This document shows, piece after piece, positions 38,001 through 50,595 of a stretch of DNA of 64,000 nucleotides. The stretch comes from Pavona decussata (lineage: Eukaryota): the NCBI GenBank assembly GCA_977016875.1, contig CDRNST010000143.1:1426001-1490000 (forward strand), in the 5' to 3' direction. Within the stretch, counting starts at the first letter, position 1; each line of letters starts with the position of its first letter. Position numbers and translations under genes: made by a program. The notes beneath the pieces are model-generated. The model had not been told where the DNA came from, ran no database searches, and saw only the letters and a list, made by a program, of their open reading frames with translations.

Positions 38001-39148
38001 ACCTTTTTGACACCTTCACGTAGTCTCGTACACAGCTTCTTCAACATCCAGTGACTTACAGGAAACCTTAACATTCTCTGGGTTGTGTAAGGCCACAAGC
38101 TCACTGTTGCTCTCTGTAGCAGGTCTGCATCTTTGTAAACACTGAGTAAATCTAACAGCAGATTAAACAAAGACGTTTTACCAGCATTACTACAACCAAC
38201 AAGGTAAATATCACCCTTGTGGTCCCAGTGCTCTAGGATTTTACTCGCCAACTGTAACATTCCAAAGCCAGTCTTCGCACTGACGAGGCACGTGCTCCTG
38301 ATGTTGCCGCCTTCAAGACCGTGAGCTTTGCAAATTGTGAAAAGCATCTCTTGCAAGTGCGCTTTTTGCTTTTCAGTATGACCGTCTACTGGAAGGAGGT
38401 CTACTTTGTTCCCAACTATGATGATTCTCTTTGCCTCACCAACTGTTTCAAGGAGATTTGTGAAAAGGCTCCCCGGTAGATCCAGCAAGTCTACAACGTA
38501 CAGAATCAAGCCTTTTCTTCTTTGTAAGTGTCCTAAGTACTCCATAATCTCACTAGATGTTATGGTAATGGGGAAGGGCTTGTTATAATGTTTCAGATTA
38601 AAACATTTTTGACATACCAATGTTCTGGATGCCAAGTCAGAATCTCGTTCCCAGTCCCTTATCACCGGATTCTTAGAAGGTATAACGTAACCGGATTTCT
38701 CTGGATCTTCGCTCTGAAAAACAGCCCCGCAACCTGGGCATTTAGGAAATGGCTGCTCATAGGCATCCGTGAACGCTTCAATGTTTAACGACGCAGGTTC
38801 CGCAAGTGAGTTTTCTTCAGAAATAACAAGTGCTTCTTCGTGGGATGTTTCCAACTCGCTCAAAGACAGCGTTTTTTCCCAAAGGCTTTCCTTGCTGTAG
38901 TCAGAATAAATTAAACTTTTTTTCGCTTCATCTAAAGTTGTGTCCTTAGAGGTTTTGTCGTCGAAGACGAGATTCGACGAAGTTCTGAAGGATCTGCGAA
39001 ACAAACCACCTACGATGTGCAAGTTCCCACGCAATTGTGGTGTGACTATTACGTGAAAATGTCTGGCTCTGGGATGAATAGAAGATACGAGAAGTCTTCT
39101 TGTACTCGAGAAAACGCCTCTTGCGCTACCCAGTTGAAAGACAGACAT
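29091..39148 (-). CDS. NOA1: Nitric oxide-associated protein 1 (mitochondrial circularly permuted YqeH-type GTPase), 7 exons
   Basis: Exons 39148-38003, 36852-36613, 36164-36033, 34544-34494 (less certain), 32278-32162, 30806-30569 and 29380-29091, all GT-AG and phase-consistent. Features: Arg/Ser-rich presequence, CPGC...CQKC zinc finger, G4 NKVD, G5 VSAK, G1 GCSNAGKT, G2 WPYTT, G3 DTPG, and C-terminal PRSFILKPGQ...GGKERM...GWVAVT. Confidence 0.95.
30901..31032. other. Assembly gap (132 N) in a NOA1 intron
   Basis: N run; both flanks resemble the end of the ...gctacgcaggcta MITE family. Confidence 0.99.
31577..32013. mobile_element. Three nested or adjacent MITEs with 9-bp TSDs (AcademH-like signature)
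   Basis: A 31577-31847 (TSD gactacact); C 31655-31794 inside A (TSD cttgcttcc); B 31857-32013 (TSD gactacact). Confidence 0.8.
33951..34363. mobile_element. TTAA-flanked MITE (Kolobok-like GG...CC ends); second copy at 61763-62155
   Basis: ttaa|ggacggtgcctact ... agtaggcaccatcc|ttaa. Confidence 0.8.
35175..35702. mobile_element. About 520-bp palindromic element (AGGCCTTATCACGG family) inserted into a SINE
   Basis: Long inverted arms; same family as 52823-53344; splits a SINE at gatcaaAT|tggaa. Confidence 0.85.
36532..36639. repeat. Exact 54-bp tandem duplication spanning the NOA1 exon 2 donor site
   Basis: 36532-36585 is identical to 36586-36639. Confidence 0.95.
37203..37673. mobile_element. 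Harbinger-like MITE with actatc/gatagt subterminal repeats
   Basis: ggtcaaatggtg ... caccatttgacc inverted ends; related fragment at about 49620-49770. Confidence 0.6.
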
Positions 39149-39577
39149 CTTTTCTTACTTTGGATAATTCACGTGCTGTTTCCAGGTTCGCCATCCGCCA
39201 TGACACTTGTATGGGCAAACCCGCTGGAAAACCGCAGGCGAAGTTGGGCCCAACCTTCTCGCATTGTTTTCACATTGCACGACACATTGCACAGGAAAGA
39301 CCCGAAAGATCCATCATTCTGGAGCATCAAGAGGAATATCTCAAACGAAATATCTAATTAAAGGACATTAAACCATGGTCACGAGAAAAATAAAGTATTC
39401 AACACGTTAAGAGCATAGGAAAAGAGCAAAAGAAAAAACTCTTAGTCCTGTGCATGGGAGGGGGGCGGGAAGAGATATTTGGGGTACTGATCATGAGCAG
39501 GGTTCATTGTCGACCCCAGAGCCTCTTGGCTTGACTACGTCGTGCGCAAAAGGAAAAAGCTCTTGAGAATACCCGTC

Positions 39578-39886
39578 CCACCAAATATCTAACTTAAAAA
39601 ACTGCTCCCGCAGTCCCGCAGTCGTGTTCTTTAATGCTACTTCCGCAGTCCCGCAGTCGTCGCGCTACACACGAATATACCTCGTTCTTTAATCCATGAA
39701 CCGAAATTTAAGTACCCATCGCCTCTGGGACTGCGGGAGCACTCGTTTTACTCACTTAGATTTAGTATCCATCGACTCTGGGACTGCGGGACCGCGGGTG
39801 CCCTCGTTTTACTCACTTCATTTAAATATTCATCGTCTCTGGGACTGCGGGAGCACTCCTTTTTCAAGAAAGATATTTAGTGGGCC
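39578..39886. repeat. Palindromic element with internal 60-bp direct repeats (ctctgggactgcggg x3)
   Basis: cccaccaaatatct...agatatttagtggg ends; cccgcagtcc / ggactgcggg arms. Confidence 0.6.
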
Positions 39887-40055
39887 GGGTATTCTGCAAT
39901 TGCTCCGCGGATGGAATAGGGTTTTGATTTTCTGGTGGATTTTTTTAGGGGTAAACTATTCTGGCAGGCATTTTTTGTACTAAAAAACTGACCTAGTGTT
40001 CATGGTTATCCATTAACAAGCTTTTAAAAATAAGCTACAGTCTCTCTAAAGTTTG

Positions 40056-40172
40056 TAGTCTCCTTCACTGCCGTCGTTTGGGCTCGTCACGCAACGCGCT
40101 GCCTCCCGCAATCCAAGCTGGGGAGGGAGAGCGTTGCGTGACCAGCCCAAACATCGGCTGCGAAGGGGACTA
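40056..40172. mobile_element. Hairpin MITE with a 9-bp TSD
   Basis: tagtctccttc...gaaggggacta flanked by taaagtttg on both sides. Confidence 0.85.
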
Positions 40173-41540
40173 TAAAGTTTGTGACAGATGCTGTACAACT
40201 ACGGTCGAACCTGTATTAAACCGGTCACCCTCGGGGAATGGAAAAGCCAGAATACATAATAGAAAAGACATTTTATTGCACATTTGGTAGCTTAAAATAC
40301 AGAAGGGCTCAGAAATAACTTACTTTTACTTTAACGCAACGATAAATTGGTATGAGAAATGAAAATACAGTATAAAAGTAGACTAATAAAACATTAACGC
40401 CAAGATCTTACCGAGTTCCAGATTCAGTTACCTGGAAAGCCATTCGTTATTCTTGTTCGTTTCAAAGGTAGCACCACTTTTGGATGTGCACTCTACTATG
40501 AAAATCATCGCATCGCATTTACTCCCGGGGAGGTGGTTTGTCCACACCCCAGTTTCTATCCTATACCTCTGTTCCTTGCGATCATGTATTGTCTAGCTGA
40601 ACCAAGAACGAGCCTCCAGTTATATGATTGACATTCAGTGTCAGTGGATTGCCTCTTCTCGTCTTTATGTGGTACTTGGTCTGTCCCCCACTCTCCATGC
40701 CCCTTTCTCTTGCCTTGCAACAGTCCCCACGGAGTGCCTGGTAGCGGGATAATTAACAATTATTTACCGAAGTGGAGGTGAATAGTGATGGATATTTACC
40801 GCGCCGCGAAGCGGCCGGGTAAATATCCATCACTTTCGCCGACACTGAGGTGAATAATTGTTTTAGTATACACCACACAAGCTGAATAGCTAGTGGAACA
40901 AAAATTATTTTATTTCTGACAATATACCGACAAATGGTATGAAATTTTAAAATCTCGCGCGCGCCACGCGGCGAGCGATTTCTTATTGTGGAAAGTTCCG
41001 TCTCGCTTTCTTGAAGACAAATAAGACTTTTGGAGACACTTGTTTAGTTCCTACAGTGTCATTTTTTCAATTTTTTTCGTGAAATTCGTCTTGTTGTTGA
41101 AACCATGCTGAAAAATATTTGATGTTTCATTGTTTTTATTGTAATTTTAGTGTTCGGTAGTTTTCGTAAACAAGGGATTGCATTTTCATTTTTCGCCTTA
41201 GAATAAAAGGTTGAAAAGATTAAATAAGTTACCATTTTAGCCGTCAAACCAAACTTTGTTGCCATTTATGTATTATTTTTAACAACCGCCTCGTTTATCG
41301 ACATAATTTCCTCTTAAGTAACCGTGGCGAAACGGGAAGCCATCTTGTTTTTCTTCGGCTGCTCGGAGGTGAATAGTACCTGGCTAATCACCTCCAAGCT
41401 AGCCAATCAGCGCTCGCGAAAAGTACTATTAACTTGTGTGATAATTCAGTGTTCCTTCCTCCGCAATTCCATATGGATCTCCTACAGTTATCTATATCTA
41501 CCAGTAGACATTACTTACGGAAAACCGTTACTTAAATAGG

Positions 41541-44500
41541 CCGAGTCCTAAAATAAATTACCGGCTTTTGTTAAACAAATAAATACTTGATAAAACGAAA
41601 ACAATATAAACAAATGCCGTGACTTTCGTGGTTTCCTGCGGTAACTTCACTTGCACCAAATTATTAATGATTATCTTAGGGAACTTTCACATGATCATGA
41701 ATAATTTCACGATATCACTGAGAGAGGAGCCACAGTAAACGATTCGAAACTACCATAATTTGGATCAGCCCCTTCTAAGAGAAGAACCACTTTCTGGATC
41801 GGCCTTTCGATTATGGATAATTGGGAATTGTTTCTCTCCTTCTCGGAACTTTTAACTCCCAGCTTGATTCTGACCTCTGATTGATTCTGACCCCTTGATT
41901 CTGATTTTGATTCTGACTTGATTCTTGATTCTGCTTGATTCTGAGCTTGATTCTTGCCAAAGGGCCACTCATTTCGTGAGGTCTCATGTTGCACAATGAC
42001 GATATCTCCAATCTTCAGATTTCTTTTTGGTACTGATCATTTTTGCCTGAGGAGATACTCTTCTCGCCATTTACCCCAAAACTGCTCTGCAAGATATTGT
42101 ACCTTTCGCCGTCGCGTTCGGGCGTAGATATCTTCTCGGACGAAATTTCCTGGTGGTGGGAAAATTATCTTGTTCTTCATGGTCAACAGATGATTTGGAG
42201 TTATAGGCTCTAAACTCTTGGGGTCATTCAGGGTTTGGCAGGTCAATGGCCGGCTGTTGATGATCGCCATAACTCCATAGAAAAAGGTATGAGGAGAGGA
42301 TGTGTCAAGTCTTCCCTTGAAATAGTTGAGAATATTATTGAGGATGCTTCTGGTGGTCCCTATTTGCCTTTCCCATACTCCTTCCCATAACCCTTCTCAT
42401 ACTTCCTTCCCGATGACCTGAATACGGAACATTCATGAGGAAATCACAGCGACTCTTCGTCAGATATGATTGAATCTTATCACCATTCAGCCCCTTTAGG
42501 GCACTTGCGAGTTCGTTTCTTGCTCCTACAAAGTTTGATCCTTTATCAGACCTTAGCTGCTGAACAGGTCCTCGGATGGCAATGAAGCACCTTAATGCGT
42601 TTATAGAGGCATCGGTTGTCATGTCATCCAACTCTTCTATGTGTACTACGCGAGAGCTCATGCAGGTGAATATTACTCCGTATCTCTTCAAATCTTTGCG
42701 TCCTTCTCTGGCGATAAACGGACCAAAACAATCCATCCCACAATGCGTAAACGGAGGCGTGGACTCTGACTCTTTCTATGGGGAGGTCAGCCATCTTTTG
42801 ACTTTCAGTTGGTCTCCTTTGACGTCTACATCGCACACATTTATGGATGTGTGAGGATACTACGGCCTAAGACCTAGGACCCATAGTCCATTAGAACGAA
42901 TCTCATTCATAGTAATTCCTTTTCCATGATGTCTCACTTTCGTGTTAAAATGAGCAATTATCAGGTCAGTGACGTGAGAACCTCTTAGTAAGATGACTGG
43001 GTGCTTCAATTCAAACGGCAAGTTGGATTTTTCTAGTCTTCCGCAAACTCGCAGCAAGGCAAGATCATCAAGAAAGGGATCTAACTTCAGGAGAGGACTA
43101 TTCTTCATGAGCTTGCAGTTTCCTCCTTGATTACTGATTCTTGTTATCTCATCCTCGAAAGCTGTACGTTGCACCTCCTTGAAGATAAGTATTTCAGTTT
43201 CTTGTCGTTCAGCTACCGATGTGATAACTGTTTTTGGCTTGTTCTTGTTTGAGACTCTGTTTAGGTATGAAACTACTCCTACTGCCTTGGCCCAGTCAGA
43301 GAATCTTGTCATACAGACGACGAGGCTAAATGAACCTTTGGTTGTAGTTACGAGGACGGTGGATCTAACTTCTGGGTCCTGGCTCCCCAATCTGAATGAC
43401 AAGAATTCTTTCTTCACCAAATGAAATTTCCTTGTTCCACAGAAATGCTGGTCCACTGAACCAATTAGATTTCGCTAACTCTTGACCGCTTAGGCCCCTG
43501 GATGCGTGGTCATCAGGATTGTTTTTGTTGTCGATGTTCCGCCATTCCTTTGGAATTGGTGTTGGACCTTATCATCTGCACTCTACTTGCAACGAATGTA
43601 TGGAATCTCTTGGCCTCATTGTTGATGTACCCAAGTACCACCTTCGAGTCTGTCCAGAGGTTCTGCTTAACGCTTGCGTAGTTTAATTCTTCTCAGTTTT
43701 AGCACCACACCAATCTTTGCTGCTACAACCGCTGCTGTAAGCTCCAGTCTTGGTATATATAGTGATTATCTTCGATGGAGCGACGCGAGATTTTCCCATT
43801 ACCAGTGCGACATTAACGTTGTCGTCTTCATCTTTGACTTTCAAGTATGAGCACTGTCCGTATCCGAATGTGCTAGCATCTGCAAAATTGTGTAACTCGA
43901 GGGTCTTTCCTTGACCTGTCATCTTTGGCTTAAAACATCTCGGTATTTTCAGCCTTCTTAAACGCAGAAAATCTATCTTCCATTGCTCCCACCTTGGCCT
44001 GAGTTCCTAGGGCAGTGGATCATCCAAACTGATGCCCTTCTGACATACTTCTTGGAGAATCTTCTTTGCTCTTACGATCAAGGGGGCGAGGAATCCAAGG
44101 GGGTCATAAACAGAGGCCACGGTCGACAACACTCCTCTTCTAGTCAGGGGTTGATCCTTCAGGACGATGGAGAAACCAAAGCAGTCTAGCTCTACTGACC
44201 AGTGTACACTGAGAACTCTTTCTATCGGGAGCTGTTCTGACGGTAGATCCAACTGCTTTCTCACTCTTTGGTACTGACTCGATTACTGAACGATCGTTTG
44301 AGACGAACTTGTGTAGACGAAGGCCGCCACTTTTACAAATTTCTCGAGCTCCTTGAATTAGACATTATGCTTGCTCCCCAGATTCTGACTGGCCAGTCCG
44401 TCATCTGCGTAGAAATCATGCGAAATGAACTGGGCTGCTGCAGGGTACACTTCCTTCTCTTGATTTGCCATGTACTTGAAGTCGTAACTGGCACAACCAG

Positions 44501-47500
44501 GCCAAACAAATATACTTCCATTCTGTATTCTTTGGGATCTTTACTGACATCGCCGTTTGGCCACCAGAGAAATCGAAGGAAATCTCTGTCTTCTTTGCGT
44601 ATGACAAACTGATGAAGCATTTTCTGCACGTCACAAGTTATGGCGTAGGGATACCTTTTGAACCTGCACAGAACACCAATCAAATTGTTGGTCAGGTCGC
44701 AAATGGTCGTTCAGACAAGTTCCTTTGCATTTCGCTGAGCAGTCAAACACCACTCTGAGTTTGTTATTCTTTGGACGATAGACACCATGATGAGGTCATG
44801 ATCAACTGCTGGGGCTTCTTCGGCGTCCCCTCTGCATAAAATTTCATTCATGAACTTGATATAGTCCTCTTATACTTACATCTTTTAGGAATCTTCATTT
44901 CAGGTGCTAAAGTCGTGTGAGTGCAGTGGAGCGGTTGTCTGGTAATAGAGGCCGTTAAATGATGGCATCTTGTAGTGACTGTCCGTTGTCTGCTCTTTTG
45001 ATGCCTTCTTCCATGATCTTTAGAAATCGCAGATCTTCTTGAGAGGTCATTTTTGCATCTTTTTTCTCATTAAAGTCTGACTCAAGAACACGTATGACTT
45101 CGCCCATTGTGACAACTGGTACTTCCTTTACAGCAACTCTGTGACAAAAGGATCTTCCACTGTCCACATTAGCAATGCCTACGATACTCCGGCCGAGATC
45201 TGTTCTGATTCCATATGGCTCATTGGACTTGCTAGCGATGACTTCTTTCGGGGCTTAGTGCTTGAGAGCAGTCATGATCACTGATCCGATAAGTAGACCA
45301 ACGTTGCAGTCTTAACAAATCTTGCATTTCGTCTTCTATTACTCGTAGGTGATCTCATCTCTTAGCAGTGGATTTTGTAGGTATGTGACCTTCATCGCTG
45401 GGAATCACAGTTCTTGTATATGCTGTAGGGATAGGGATCTTGAGATCGGAATTATATCCTCTTACTTGGAGACTTGAGACCTTTACGTTGTCAACGAGTA
45501 GCTCTTGACAAGTGATGGTGCTAAATCGAAGTTTCGTCGGCTCTGTTTTTGCGCCGAGCTCGTCACAGGTTTCCTTTAGGATGAACGTAGCGTCACTCTG
45601 TGTGTCTAAGATAGCGTAGACCAGTAGTTCCTTGCCAGGTCTGCATGGAGCTTGCTGAAACCACACAGTAACTATCATTGAGGTGCTAGTAGTTGAAACA
45701 CCTTGTGAAGTGTACGAAGTTGACTTGGGAACGCTCGTGAATTCACTGTCACTTCTGTCTTCTTTCTTCTCTGGGGCACTTAGGTTTTCGTGAAGACAGG
45801 TGGGATGCTTCTTCTTGCACATAGAGCAAGTCAATCTTTTTCGACAATCTTTAGACGCATGACCTTTCTTCTAGCATCCGAATTATGAAGTAGAGTCTGT
45901 TTTCATTGACGAACTCGAGTCTTTTCCCGAGTGCTTCAGTCTTGAACTTTAAACAGGCATCTAAGCAATTATCAGCCTTCTTACAGAATGTGCATTCCAT
46001 CTGCTGTCTTAGATCTCCCTTTGGCTCTTGTAAATTTTCTTAAGTTGTCTTCCCGGAGAAGAGTGAACGTTGTCTGACATATTTCTAACTCCTTCACAGC
46101 GTTGCAGGAGGAAATTGGGTTGCACATCAGATCAGCTTCGGCAATGACGAAGGTGACGAATGCCTTGAAATTAGGATACGTTTCGTGTTCTTTCAGGTGT
46201 TATTTGCTTCCCTGTTCCATCGTGCGATGAACCAGTCCGGTAACTTGACGAGTAACTTCTGATTTTCGATGTAATCATTTAGGACATTAAGGCCTTGTAT
46301 TTCTTGCATCGCGGTTAAGACGCTTGATAGGAAATCAGCAAACTTCCTGAGGCCTTGATGATCCCTGGCACCGATCTTCGGCCATCGTTGTAACTTATCT
46401 CTCTAAGCCTTTGCTATGATGAAGGGGTGACCAAACCTCTCATCTAAGATGCTCCACGCTCTATCATACGCTTCTGAGGAGTTTTGCAGGAAGAGACCAC
46501 TAATAGCGTCTCTCGCGGCTCCACCAACATATTGTTTCAAGTAGTACATCTTATCACTTGATGGTAAGGCTTTTCGGTCTATTAGAGCATGGAAACAGGA
46601 CTTCCAGTCCGGATAGAGGATAGGTTCACCACTGAAGACATTTGGCTCAGGTACTGGGAGGCGGCTTAAACTGATTGAATCTTGGCAATCTTCGTTGTTT
46701 CTTCTTTATACTTCGCTTCTTCTTGTAGTGCGTTCAATTCGGCTTGTTTCGCAGCCAATTCTGCAGCTACATCAGCCTTTTTTTAAGTCGATGGAGGATG
46801 CCCTTGTAGATTTGCTGGCTACTGACCTTTGCGGATGCTTTACTGTAGACTGGCCTTTTGTCATCACCGTTGCGTGACCGTTCTTTTCTGAAGGACTGTC
46901 GATCGATTTGATGTTCAAGACTGCGAGTCTGTGCGTCACAGTTGTCCACTACGCGGAGGATTTCTTATCGTGGTAGTCGTACTTGCCGTAACTTCTCCTA
47001 GACCAAATAGACATTTTCACAGTGAGTCTGTAGGTTGGAGATTTTTTCGTCTTTCTCCGTTGCGATGGTCATGGTTCTATCCATGGCCCTTTATTTGTTT
47101 CGATGCAATGCCTTCCATTTCGCATAATAAACACGCGCCAATTCCTTAGCAGAAGAATGCGTCCCTCTTTCTTTTGTCTTCGCATTTCTCTGGTCTTCCT
47201 TTGTTTGCAGCCCTTAGAAATCCCCTCCTTTTGCTCCTTGTGTCCTACATCTCGCGTTTTTCTAAGTTCATTGCGACTTCCATGGCATGATCGATCACTA
47301 TTTCGAAAGGGCGCTCTTTCGTCCCGTTCCCACTAAACGGTGCTGTAATTTAATTCCACGATCGCGGTCCCTGTGCCTTATATATGAGCCTGCATTTCGA
47401 TTCTATGATACTTATAATTACCAAATTCCAATAGGCAGCGGAAAGCGGCTTATCGCAATAGAAAACATTACAAAACATTGGAGGTTTCGGAAATGCATGT

Positions 47501-48331
47501 AAATTGGGTAGATCTTGACTAAAAGATGGTGATAAGTTTGTGAGCTTTATGCATGGGGCGCAGACAGGAAGCAGAGTCACATCTGACGAGATTCAGGCTA
47601 ATGGTTTCTTCGCTGTGCAACTGCAGTGAAATTCGCGCAAATCGATCGTGTTGATTCATTACAAAACAAAGTACGTGACCAAACAAAGCGTCATGCGATC
47701 TTCGTAAATGGCGGCATGCTGGTGGCTACAACTGAGAAAGCCGACGCGTACCTTTTATGTTTATTGGTCTTTATTGACTTTACTTTTCGGTGAGAATAAC
47801 CAATTTACGCTACAATTGCGCGGTACCTCTCATTAGACGATACGTACGTAAGCACTGGAATACTGCAGACTTCTAGATCTGTAGATCGAGTTTATTCACG
47901 CCATCTTGTTACATGCGAGGAATAAAATACTGAAAGGCAACACGGTAATTTCATTTTGTATCGTGTTACGCTACTTAAAAAAATTGCCCAGATCTCACAA
48001 AAGAAGTGAGAATAACATGAGCCATTCATTGTATAACATATTGAATGAGATTACAGACATCTTCACGAACTTCAGTTACAAAGATTAAATCTCTACGTGA
48101 AGTGGTTCTTACAATTTACTTCACTTGTGTCTTCTCATGCTGCCTTCGAATTACTGGAACGATAGTTTCTGACTTTACTTGGTGAACTTTCTTGCACTTT
48201 AAACTTAAACTTAGCTTGAACTTAACTTCTCGTGATCTTGCTTGCGACTTGTGACAAAAAAACTAAAAACAGTTTGACTTTACTTGATTTGCGCTGTTGC
48301 GTGCGCTGTCGTGACCGGCAAGAGGGCACGC
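41541..48331 (-). mobile_element. Decayed BEL/Pao LTR retrotransposon (gag, protease, RT, RNase H, integrase) with many frameshifts and stops
   Basis: gag-like LPVPEPNVFSGEP...YYLKQYVGG (about 46200-46680), protease AILDTQSD, RT LIGVLCRF...FLRFLWW, LTRRGVLSTVASVYDPLGFLAP, ELHNFADAS...VMGKSRVAP, integrase DCFGPF...RSDKGSNF and AIINSRPL...PITPNHLL. LTR-like pieces at about 41541-41650 and 48140-48331; boundaries are approximate. Confidence 0.9.
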
Positions 48332-49323
48332 TTTTAAGAGCCGCCCTCCATTAATATCGACTATCGTCGTTTGGACGAGAAAAAATGAAATCCGTCAAAC
48401 TTTGTCAGAAGAATGGCCTATGTAAATGATTCACATAAATATAACTTTTAGCTCAGTTCGATTCGTATTTTAGCTGTAGTGCGACCATCTTGGTTTCGCC
48501 GCTCTGAGAGGGCGTTCAGCGGCCATTTTAGGGCACACTTTTAACAATTTTCCTTACAAAGAAAATCTTCAAAGAAAACGTTACAAATCCGTTACAAATC
48601 CTTTTTCACTACTCTTTAAATGCCAAAAAATGGCTGAGTTTAAAGCAAAGTATCGCTAAAGATACATTAGTTGGCATCCTAAAATTGCATCCCAGTTAAA
48701 TAGCAATGTCTCATCTGTAAGAATATGCAATAAAATTTTTGGGCAGTTGAAAGGACAAAATTATAGAAGAAGTTTTCACTATACTTTTGTCAACAAACGC
48801 CGCCTTCGTAATTACCATAAAAACATGAAAATAACGATTTGCTATGAAAATAATGATAAATTTCACTTACCCCGTGAAATATCAGGAACTGGATATTTAA
48901 AAATATATCAAGTTATAGTTTCAGTAGGTCACCGCCGCAATTTTGATGATTTGTTGTGCGAAATCACATTAACTTTTTTATATTGGCTTTAATCGTTATT
49001 TGACCCACAAATGACCTGTGATGTTGAAAATAAAAAAAATTTAAAAAAAAGAGAGAGAGAGAGACCCCGACCCCGACCCCGAACCCGGCCCCGGCCCTGC
49101 GTTTTACTGACACCCGACGAAAACCGTGATAAGGCCTATTCTTGGTTTTTGGATGCGGGCAAGTTCTCACTGTAGCTCCAGCGATTCGTAAACGAACACA
49201 GTTTCTCATACTGATGTTTTAGACCTTTAATGGTTTGATTTGTCTCTCAAAACCGTGAGAACTAAAGATTAAAAGGTTTACAAATTACTCAAGTGTTACG
49301 AGATTACGCTAATGAAAATTAAT

Positions 49324-49483
49324 AGCCCTTTTCACGTTAACTCTACTCATTTGAATTACAATGAAATATAACATGTATGTGAGGCAATTTCGGGCTATTT
49401 TGTAGTTTTAGCCCGAAATTGCCTCGCATCCACGTTGGATAACATTGTAATACAAATGAGAAAAATTAACCGTGAAAAGGGCT
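49324..49483. mobile_element. Palindromic MITE present only in copy 1 of the local duplication
   Basis: agcccttttcacg...cgtgaaaagggct; the empty site is visible at about 58641-58657. Confidence 0.8.
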
Positions 49484-49869
49484 ATTGCTACGCTAAACGA
49501 CCATAAACAAAAGGTAAAAATTAAAGTTTATGCAAATGGTAAAACAACTAAATCTGCCTTAATGAAAAACGCCAAGTACAGTCACATTGAATTGCGTTAA
49601 TTCGAATGAAAGTTAAAAACTCAAAACTATCGGCAACTATCGAGCGGGGTGCCAAACGAGACAAAACTATCGGCGACTATCGACAAAAATTTGAGCATGT
49701 TCAAACTCGATGAGAGCGGCCGATAGTGGCCGATAGTTAGGTGCGAAACGAGAGCGAGAGTTTCAACTATCTCGCGGTTTCGTGCGGTATGCCTACACGA
49801 GTTTCAAGTTTAACAGTGTAATATCAAAGGAGCTACATCACTTATACAGAAAAAAACGTATAAGCAAAA

Positions 49870-50595
49870 TCAGTACCCAAAGAAGTAACAAAATATGCCG
49901 AGAAGAATGAACAAAATAGCAAGGATGGCAATAACTTTGAACATTAATTCCTGCCGCATTTTTGCTAGCCTTTCCAACGAATCAGTCAATCCTGAATTTT
50001 GCCAGGGAAACTCTTGATCCGGAATTTCACACCCAAGGAAATCGCATAAAGGTTTCCAGCCTTCTTTTACGTTAAACACCAATAGCTTCTTCCTTGGAAT
50101 CATGGCTTGAACCCGTTCGTTGTGCTCTCGATATTTCTTCTTGAATAAAACGCTCGATTCTGGACTCAAGCTGCCGAATGCAGCACCATTCAAGGCATCT
50201 ATCAATGTGTAAAGTTTACGGCGCAAACCCCACCTGATGAGCATCTTAGCCACAAATCCGCTGCCGTTGAGATTTTGGTCCAAGTCGGTATGCCTCACAA
50301 AACTCTTTAGCCAGACATCCTCGTTGTCTCGAACGGTTAAAATAACCCTTGCATCAGGGAAAGCCTCAGAGATTTCTTGATACCAAAATGCTGGTGGAAG
50401 ATCGGTGACTGCATCAACATCGCCGTACATTGAAGCGAAGTCAGGCAACTTGCCTCTTAAGTAAATATCCAGCCATTCATCGCCATGAATCGTACTGTGC
50501 TCTGGCCAGTCATACACAGTAAATCCAAGCACTCGCAAAGCTCTGGCCATGGACGTGGTTCCAGTTTTGCTCAGTCCTGCACAGATAATTTTCAT
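49870..50595 (-). CDS. P-loop sulfotransferase-like protein (Sulfotransfer_4-type), intronless CDS, 241 aa, C-terminal TM
   Basis: MKIICAGLSKTGTTSMARALRVLGF (5'-PSB-like loop), DAVTDLP, FPDARVILTVRD...WLKS, YREHNERV...LLVFNVKEGWKPLCDFLG...FPW, hydrophobic tail. Confidence 0.85.
   Translation of the reverse strand: MKIICAGLSKTGTTSMARALRVLGFTVYDWPEHSTIHGDEWLDIYLRGKLPDFASMYGDVDAVTDLPPAFWYQEISEAFPDARVILTVRDNEDVWLKSFVRHTDLDQNLNGSGFVAKMLIRWGLRRKLYTLIDALNGAAFGSLSPESSVLFKKKYREHNERVQAMIPRKKLLVFNVKEGWKPLCDFLGCEIPDQEFPWQNSGLTDSLERLAKMRQELMFKVIAILAILFILLGIFCYFFGY

Noticed and set aside
39017-39361. Plus-strand ORFs suggesting a divergent gene next to NOA1
   Set aside because: No recognisable domain or splice continuation; they largely overlap NOA1 exon 1 antisense and its promoter
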